A stretch of DNA of 64,000 bases, from contig JBHLRZ010000001.1 of NCBI GenBank assembly GCA_048882045.1, positions 69,693-133,692 of the forward strand, in the 5' to 3' direction. The notes below the pieces were generated by a model. It did no database searches and had not been told where the DNA came from. It was given only the letters and a program-made list of their open reading frames with translations. The translations under genes were made by a program, and so were the position numbers. This document shows positions 58,530 through 64,000 of this stretch, in pieces; position 1 is the stretch's first letter, and the number at the start of each line of letters is the position of its first letter. The DNA comes from Candidatus Thorarchaeota archaeon. GTDB lineage: Archaea > Asgardarchaeota > Thorarchaeia > Thorarchaeales > Thorarchaeaceae.

Positions 58530-59345
58530 TTAGAAGGGTAGTTGCCAAAGCATCCACTCGGGGAGGAGAAGGTATAGTCGCACATAGATGGCGAATATCA
58601 ACACTATGAGTGAAAGGCATACCACACCCCAGTCCCTCTTTCTGAATGAGAGAGTATACATGTATGTGCGGTTCTCACTGGCTCCGAAACCTCTAGATTC
58701 CATGCTCTCTGCAATGGAGAGAGCGCGTCTTATTGACACTATAATTAAAGGAACAATAATTGGAACGATGTTCCGAATTCTCTTCAACAAGTTCCCCTTG
58801 TCAAGCTCAACGCCTCGAGCTTTTTGTGCATCCATGATAGCATAGGCTTCTTGTCCAAGAGTAGGAACATATCTCATCGCCATACTCATTGCAAAGGCAA
58901 ACTCGAAAGGGACTCGCATCTGGATTAGTGCCTGAGAAAGCTCCTCAGGATGTACCGTGAGAAAGAAAATGGAGAAGGAGGTCATCAAGGCTACCAGTCT
59001 GATAGTAAGAGCCAATGAGTGGGAGAAAGGATTAGGTCCTGTAGAGAGCAGTGTATTGAAGACGATGATGAAAATGAGTAGAACTGATAGCCCCTTCATG
59101 CTTCGAACCCAACGCCTTAGAGACTTTGCTGCAAACAGGATTGGAACTAGGCAGAAGAAGATAATTAATAGAGGGAGTATCTCCAAAAAGAGAAGTGATA
59201 CCACAGCAAGAACTATGGCCATGAACATCTTTGCTCTTGGGTCGAGCTTGTGTATTACAGAGTTTTGTCGAGTGTACTGGAAGACATCGAGGAATGACAT
59301 CTTAGGCACCTCCAAGAATCTTTGCGACAACTTCTTCCAGATCAT
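58530..59345 (-). CDS. ecfT: ECF transporter transmembrane (T) component (CbiQ family)
   Basis: 271 aa, 5-6 TM helices, conserved Arg-containing coupling helices. Directly downstream of two EcfA genes. Confidence 0.7.
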   Translation of the reverse strand: MIWKKLSQRFLEVPKMSFLDVFQYTRQNSVIHKLDPRAKMFMAIVLAVVSLLFLEILPLLIIFFCLVPILFAAKSLRRWVRSMKGLSVLLIFIIVFNTLLSTGPNPFSHSLALTIRLVALMTSFSIFFLTVHPEELSQALIQMRVPFEFAFAMSMAMRYVPTLGQEAYAIMDAQKARGVELDKGNLLKRIRNIVPIIVPLIIVSIRRALSIAESMESRGFGASENRTYMYTLSFRKRDWGVVCLSLIVLIFAIYVRLYLLLPEWMLWQLPF

Positions 59346-60126
59346 CCATCAATGTGATTCTTTCATGAACCTCAGGGAACATTTCATGAAGATGCTGTGC
59401 AGCTTCGGTGAGTTGAGGTTTCGTGAGTGAACATTCCTCTATTACAGTGTCATTACTGAGGACTGAGTTAGTAGGACCATCAGCTACAATAAGTCCATTT
59501 GCCATTGCAATCGTTCGTGGAAAGTTCTCAATTACAAATTCGATATCATGGGTAACCACAATCACTGTCTTGCCTTGTTCATTCAATTCACTGAGCATCT
59601 TTGCGAGATTTTCCTTCTGCTTGGCATCCTGACCTATTGTTGGTTCATCTAGAGACAGTATTCTTGGCGCAGTGGCAAGAACTGAAGCAAGTGCGACCCG
59701 TTTCCTTTCACCCCCAGAGAGTGTGAATGGGGATCTTTCAGAGAGCTCTTCGAGTCCTAGGTTAGATAGTGTTTCCTCACACCTGTCCTCAGCATCATCC
59801 TTAGAGTATCCAAGGTTCTCCAGACTAAACATCAGCTCTCGCCTGACACTATCAAGGAAGAGCTGATGGTCGGGATTCTGCATGACTAGTCCTATCTCGC
59901 GGGAAAGTTCAGCAACCGAATAGTGCTTTGTGTCAACACCGTCAAGAATTACACGACCACTGTCTGGTCGGAGTAGTCCATTGAGGTGTTTCACAAGTGT
60001 CGTCTTACCTGCTCCATTACTACCCACTATTGCTATTCTCTCACCGTCATCAATCTGAAGAGATACTCCTCTTAACGCAGTATACAGACCATCATATGCA
60101 AAGTGTACATCCTCTAGGAGTATCAT
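59302..60126 (-). CDS. ECF transporter ATPase EcfA
   Basis: Walker A GSNGAGKTTL, signature LSGGERKRVALA, Walker B LSLDEPT. Confidence 0.85.
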   Translation of the reverse strand: MILLEDVHFAYDGLYTALRGVSLQIDDGERIAIVGSNGAGKTTLVKHLNGLLRPDSGRVILDGVDTKHYSVAELSREIGLVMQNPDHQLFLDSVRRELMFSLENLGYSKDDAEDRCEETLSNLGLEELSERSPFTLSGGERKRVALASVLATAPRILSLDEPTIGQDAKQKENLAKMLSELNEQGKTVIVVTHDIEFVIENFPRTIAMANGLIVADGPTNSVLSNDTVIEECSLTKPQLTEAAQHLHEMFPEVHERITLMDDLEEVVAKILGGA

Positions 60127-60977
60127 CGTTGTTTGACCTCCCGGACAAACTTTGCTAGTTCAGCTCCAGTGAGAGGGACTGATTCGAGTTTGATTCCTTT
60201 TTCCTTGAGTCGTTTGTACAAATTGGTGGCCTTGGGAATTCCGACACCAATGTCCTGACATATGTCCATTGTGAGGACATCTCTTGGTTCACCATCAGCG
60301 ACGATGCAACCATTATCCATCAACACCACACGAGATGCATCCTTTGAAACCAAATCTAAACGATGTTCGACTAGAACTACAGTGAGGTCGCGTCTATTCA
60401 AGTTAGCAATGATTTCGAGAATATTTTCTGCACTCTTAGGGTCAAGATTCGATGTAGGTTCGTCTGCTACAAGAATCTTGGGTTTGAGAGCAAGTGTAGC
60501 GGCTATGGCGACCCGTTGTTGTTCTCCCCCAGACATCTCATGGGGATGTTTTTCCCTCAAGTGTTCGAGGTCGAGCATATCAATGAGTTCCTCTACTCTG
60601 CGACGGACCTCATCTGCATCAACACCAAGGTTTTCGGGTCCAAAAGCAATCTCACGTTCTACGTTCAGGGTAACGAGTTGGTTCTCAGGTTGTTGAAAGA
60701 CAAGACCTGCAGTCGGTGCGAGCTCTGCAACACTGTGATCTCGAGTGTTTTTTCCATCGACGATGACATTACCTGCGATATACCCACGATGAAACTGAGG
60801 CACTAGTCCATTTATAGCGCGACAGAGGGTTGTCTTCCCACAGCCGGAAGGCCCAGTTATTACAAGAAACTCTCCCTGTTCGATTTTGAGATTTATATGC
60901 CGAAGTGCTAGAGTATCTGCTCCTAGATATTTGAAACTGAAGTCATCAAACTCTACAAGGGGCATTCTACTCATCAC
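60123..60977 (-). CDS. ECF transporter ATPase EcfA'
   Basis: Walker A GPSGCGKTTL, signature MSGGEQQRVAIA, Walker B LVADEPT. Confidence 0.85.
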   Translation of the reverse strand: MMSRMPLVEFDDFSFKYLGADTLALRHINLKIEQGEFLVITGPSGCGKTTLCRAINGLVPQFHRGYIAGNVIVDGKNTRDHSVAELAPTAGLVFQQPENQLVTLNVEREIAFGPENLGVDADEVRRRVEELIDMLDLEHLREKHPHEMSGGEQQRVAIAATLALKPKILVADEPTSNLDPKSAENILEIIANLNRRDLTVVLVEHRLDLVSKDASRVVLMDNGCIVADGEPRDVLTMDICQDIGVGIPKATNLYKRLKEKGIKLESVPLTGAELAKFVREVKQR

Positions 60978-61965
60978 TCTCTATTGATGTGTCCTCAATG
61001 GCGCTCCTAATAATTTCTAGTGATTTCTCGAGAGCTTCATCAAGATGCTTCTTTCCATTTGCACCAGCTGCATTCGCATGTCCACCACCCTCGCCATCTA
61101 TCAAGACACCTATAGTGTCCATCACATCAGTCCCCAGATTGATTCCAGTGCTTTCATAGAATGCGCGAGTGCTTCGTGAGCTGAGCCGAACAGTCCCCTT
61201 TCTCGGCGAGCCTCCTACGATTGCGACGTCTGCGCCAAGCTCGATTAGTCCACGACAAGCGCTAGCTTCAAAAGCATTGATTTTTGAAACTGCGAGAATC
61301 CAGTTTCCTACGAGATGAACCTTTACTCGCCTCGCGGCCTTGAGTCTAGCTATACGTTCGGATCGATCAGGCTGGATGAGTAATGATTTGACACATTCAT
61401 CATAAACGGCTCCAGCTCGAACGAGTTTTATTGCAGCTGACAAGGTGTTGGTGTCAGCATAGAAAAATCGACGTGTGTCAAACAACATACCTGTAAGAAG
61501 GAGATTTGCTGTGTCGGAGTCAATAGAAATCCCAAGTTCTTCGAATACATCTACTAATATCTCACATGTTGATGATTTCTCGCTGTGGACAATCTGATAT
61601 TTTGCCAAAGAGTCGATTTCCAGATTCGCTTCATGATGGTCAACGACTAACGTAATCGTAGAATCAATAATGATGTCCTGGAGGGCAGGTCCTAGCTGGA
61701 ACCGGCTGTTTGTATCAATAAGTACATAGAAATCATGAGATTCATCAGACGTCTTCTTTATGGATACGTCAGGAGCAAACTTCCTGAGAACTTGATTTGA
61801 TAGTTTGCTACTATCATCTGCTACGAGGGTAGCGAAACCTGATGGATTAATTAATCCGTAAAGACGCGCAAATGCAATCATTGCACAAACTGCATCTGGA
61901 TCAGCATTCTGATGACCAATAATTAGAGGTTTCTCGACATCTTTGAGTATCTCGTTGAGGTTCAC
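60967..61965 (-). CDS. DHH/DHHA1 phosphoesterase (NrnA/RecJ-like nanoRNase)
   Basis: IIGHQNADPDA, VVDHH, C-terminal GGGHANAAG (DHHA1 GGGH). Confidence 0.75.
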   Translation of the reverse strand: MNLNEILKDVEKPLIIGHQNADPDAVCAMIAFARLYGLINPSGFATLVADDSSKLSNQVLRKFAPDVSIKKTSDESHDFYVLIDTNSRFQLGPALQDIIIDSTITLVVDHHEANLEIDSLAKYQIVHSEKSSTCEILVDVFEELGISIDSDTANLLLTGMLFDTRRFFYADTNTLSAAIKLVRAGAVYDECVKSLLIQPDRSERIARLKAARRVKVHLVGNWILAVSKINAFEASACRGLIELGADVAIVGGSPRKGTVRLSSRSTRAFYESTGINLGTDVMDTIGVLIDGEGGGHANAAGANGKKHLDEALEKSLEIIRSAIEDTSIESDE

Positions 61966-62273
61966 TGACCCTTCATCTCCGTCAACTGTTTCTCAAGCCA
62001 CTCAATCCCGAAGTCTGTTGCCTCCCGTAATAGGTCATCAAGTGAGTGCCCTGTATCAAAGACCTGGCTTAGCTCAATTTGGACATCGAGGTCAAGCTGG
62101 CCATTCTCTAAATCGAGGGTACAGCTGACGAACATACTCTCTATGCTTTTCTCTGGAATCTTTTCTACAATATAGCCACTAATCTGAGCCTCGCAGTCCT
62201 CTGTAAGCTTCTCTAGGGCTTCCTCCGACAGTTCCGGTAGCCCGATGCTCAGTACTGGACTCATCTCTCTCAC
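61962..62273 (-). CDS. Small acidic conserved archaeal protein (DUF3194-like), hypothetical
   Basis: 103 aa, found upstream of prefoldin beta as in many archaea. Confidence 0.4.
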   Translation of the reverse strand: MREMSPVLSIGLPELSEEALEKLTEDCEAQISGYIVEKIPEKSIESMFVSCTLDLENGQLDLDVQIELSQVFDTGHSLDDLLREATDFGIEWLEKQLTEMKGQ

Positions 62274-62653
62274 TGAAGACGCAGATTGCGTTTTGAAAGC
62301 TCTATTTCAATCTTAGACTGAAGCTCCTTCAATTGCTCAGCTAGTTTCTCGGTCTGTTTTGAGGTGGAGGCAAGTCGCATCTCAATGGTCTTTTGTCGGT
62401 CCTCAAGCTCTTCCTGAACGGCGGGTTTTTCAACCTTGAACATGACCTGTCCTACAGCCTTGTAGGTAACAACGTCATCAGATTGCTTCTTCAGTTCCTC
62501 AAGTGTCCCTTTGATTTCAGTGAGTTCTGCTTGAAGTGTCTGGGACATAGCTACCAGTGTTTCATGATTACGACGCATGGTATCAAATTTCTGAAGTTCC
62601 TGCTCGAGTGCGGGAGGTATTGTCTGGGCCATTATTGATTCACTCCTTATCAC
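62270..62653 (-). CDS. pfdB: Prefoldin beta subunit
   Basis: Two heptad coiled coils flanking a beta-hairpin (TYKAVGQVMFKV). Likely start at MAQTIPP. Confidence 0.75.
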   Translation of the reverse strand: MIRSESIMAQTIPPALEQELQKFDTMRRNHETLVAMSQTLQAELTEIKGTLEELKKQSDDVVTYKAVGQVMFKVEKPAVQEELEDRQKTIEMRLASTSKQTEKLAEQLKELQSKIEIELSKRNLRLQ

Positions 62654-62713
62654 AAAACGGCACGTTTCAGACTGCGCCTTCTGAGATGGGACTTAAAGTT
62701 TTGCTAAGGAACA

Positions 62714-62980
62714 TCAAGTGAGTTCAACTGTTCGGAGACATGCAGACACCCACGCAATGTAGGAATTCATTGCAGCTCTAAGGGCAGTGATGTCGTTCGC
62801 CTCTACTTTGATTACAAGGACATTGTCACGAATTGATACGTTGGTCGTGGCTCTATCAGAAGGACCCGATTTGGTTTCAGGACTCAAAGCAGCCAACAGT
62901 AGTTCTGCGGTTTCCTTGGATTCCAAAGGGATTTCAATAGTAGATTTTCCCTTCATAAGGCCATTATTCATTTTCCTCAC
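62714..62980 (-). CDS. pcc1: KEOPS subunit Pcc1
   Basis: 88 aa. VLVIKVEANDITALRAAMNSYIAWV matches the Pcc1 family. Confidence 0.6.
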   Translation of the reverse strand: MRKMNNGLMKGKSTIEIPLESKETAELLLAALSPETKSGPSDRATTNVSIRDNVLVIKVEANDITALRAAMNSYIAWVSACLRTVELT

Positions 62981-63527
62981 TTCTTCTGATAGAGGTCACC
63001 CTGATTCTTGGACCTATCTCTATGCCATCAGTAGTGTGATAATGCGTCCAAAGAATCTTTCCAGGAGTGTCGTCCTGTAACCAGATCAGTGTCTGTCCAG
63101 GATCCATATTGGTAGTTTCTATATGGGAAACTTCTTTCAAGTCTAGATTCATGAGTGTCGACAACAATCTTCCCAAGGCATGAGTCTTGTAACTGCTCTC
63201 TGATTCAACAAAGACTCCATATACTGCGTTAGTTCTTAGCTTTTCTGTATTTACTTCGCGACGGAGCATTGCCATCTCAATCTTGATGGAGGCTAGTTCT
63301 TCTTTACTAGACGAGGTGAAACTGAGAATACTTGGATTACCTTTCCACATAGAAATAATGAGAGCTGCATTTGCTCCAGTCTGTCTAACCCGCGAAGCTA
63401 TTTCTGAAAGCCCCATACCACCACGATTGAATCGTTCAGTCCCTGGAAGTACAGTCCAAAGGTCACGTGCAAAAGCACGTACTCGATTGGATGTCTTCCT
63501 TGAAGTGGTAATTAAAAGACTAGGCAA
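62964..63527 (-). CDS. Brix-domain ribosome biogenesis protein
   Basis: LLITTSRKTSNRVRAFARDLWTVLPG...RFNRG matches the Brix/Imp4 family N-terminus. Confidence 0.7.
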   Translation of the reverse strand: MPSLLITTSRKTSNRVRAFARDLWTVLPGTERFNRGGMGLSEIASRVRQTGANAALIISMWKGNPSILSFTSSSKEELASIKIEMAMLRREVNTEKLRTNAVYGVFVESESSYKTHALGRLLSTLMNLDLKEVSHIETTNMDPGQTLIWLQDDTPGKILWTHYHTTDGIEIGPRIRVTSIRRSEENE

Positions 63528-63544
63528 GACAGTCAGGCCTTTGA

Positions 63545-63952
63545 TTATTCTTCTGATTCAGCTGTAGGTACAGGTTCTTCTCCAGATTCAGCAATATCAG
63601 ATTCTTCAACGACATCTTCCTTCTCGACATTAGGAAGAAAATCTAGTGCATCTTCGATGTCTTCATCATCACGTAGGGCCAGAAAATCACCAGAAACCCT
63701 CTGGGCAATAGCTCGTTTTGCAGCTTTTCCAGCATCTGTGTAGGGCACGTAAGCTCCTCCAGCAAAAAGTAAATCACATTTGCTGCATCGCCATAGTCCA
63801 ACAGCCTTTCTCTTCAATGCTTTTGTAGCACATGCTGGACAGCGATTCGGCTCATTTCGTTTCTTCTCGATATCAAGGACTCTTCGTCGAAGTTTCGCAC
63901 CATACCTTGATCCGAATCTACCAGTGCTACCAACCTTCTTGGTTCGTGCCAT
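63545..63952 (-). CDS. rpl37ae: 50S ribosomal protein L37ae with acidic C-terminal extension
   Basis: MARTKKVGSTGRFGSRYGAKLRRR...CPACATKALKRKAVGLWRCSKCDLLFAGGAY zinc ribbon, then ~45 extra Asp/Glu-rich residues. Confidence 0.85.
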   Translation of the reverse strand: MARTKKVGSTGRFGSRYGAKLRRRVLDIEKKRNEPNRCPACATKALKRKAVGLWRCSKCDLLFAGGAYVPYTDAGKAAKRAIAQRVSGDFLALRDDEDIEDALDFLPNVEKEDVVEESDIAESGEEPVPTAESEE

Positions 63953-64000
63953 TTTCAGGGTCTCCTTACAATTCTGAGGCTGCTGGAACCTATCAGTCGC

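Noticed and set aside
1-64000. CRISPR arrays, IS elements/transposases, integrases, rRNA genes
   Set aside because: I scanned for direct repeats with regular spacing, terminal inverted repeats with transposase-like ORFs (DDE/HUH motifs), and rRNA signatures. None were seen. Only short hairpins and palindromes were found.

Overview
This 64 kb window looks like an archaeal chromosome segment, most likely from an Asgard archaeon (Thor/Loki/Heimdall-like; GC roughly mid-40s %).

- **Translation core at the start.** The window opens with the conserved archaeal cluster secY-adk-DUF106-L34e-cmk-L14e-cbf5. A ~360 nt structured RNA follows, which I read as RNase P RNA.
- **Other information-processing genes.** These are tsr3, a Cys-rich zinc-finger gene coupled to tiaS, the S13-S4-S11 ribosomal block, an intron-containing tRNA-Ser(GGA), RNase Z, the t6A/KEOPS parts (TsaC/Sua5, Cgi121-like, Pcc1), prefoldin beta, a Brix protein and L37ae.
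- **Eukaryote-signature proteins.** A near-eukaryotic actin, a two-domain gelsolin, and a Ras-like small GTPase with an N-terminal longin/roadblock-like extension.
- **Metabolism and maintenance.** A histidine-utilisation cluster (hutI, hutH, hutU), an ECF transporter module, a class II photolyase, Fpg, ITPase, M20 peptidases, a PAS histidine kinase and a secreted metallophosphatase.
- **Unusual neighbourhoods.** These are listed in the findings:
  - a beta-class DNA methyltransferase beside a 480-aa unknown protein, an Fe-S protein and a NYN-LOTUS nuclease;
  - a wHTH-CARF-like protein, a mini-III-like RNase and a SAMHD1-like dNTPase in one locus;
  - two paralogous wHTH regulators flanking an FeS-domain protein.

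I found no CRISPR array, transposase or rRNA gene. All calls rest on reading the translated ORFs and the raw sequence against motifs I know; no database searches were run.
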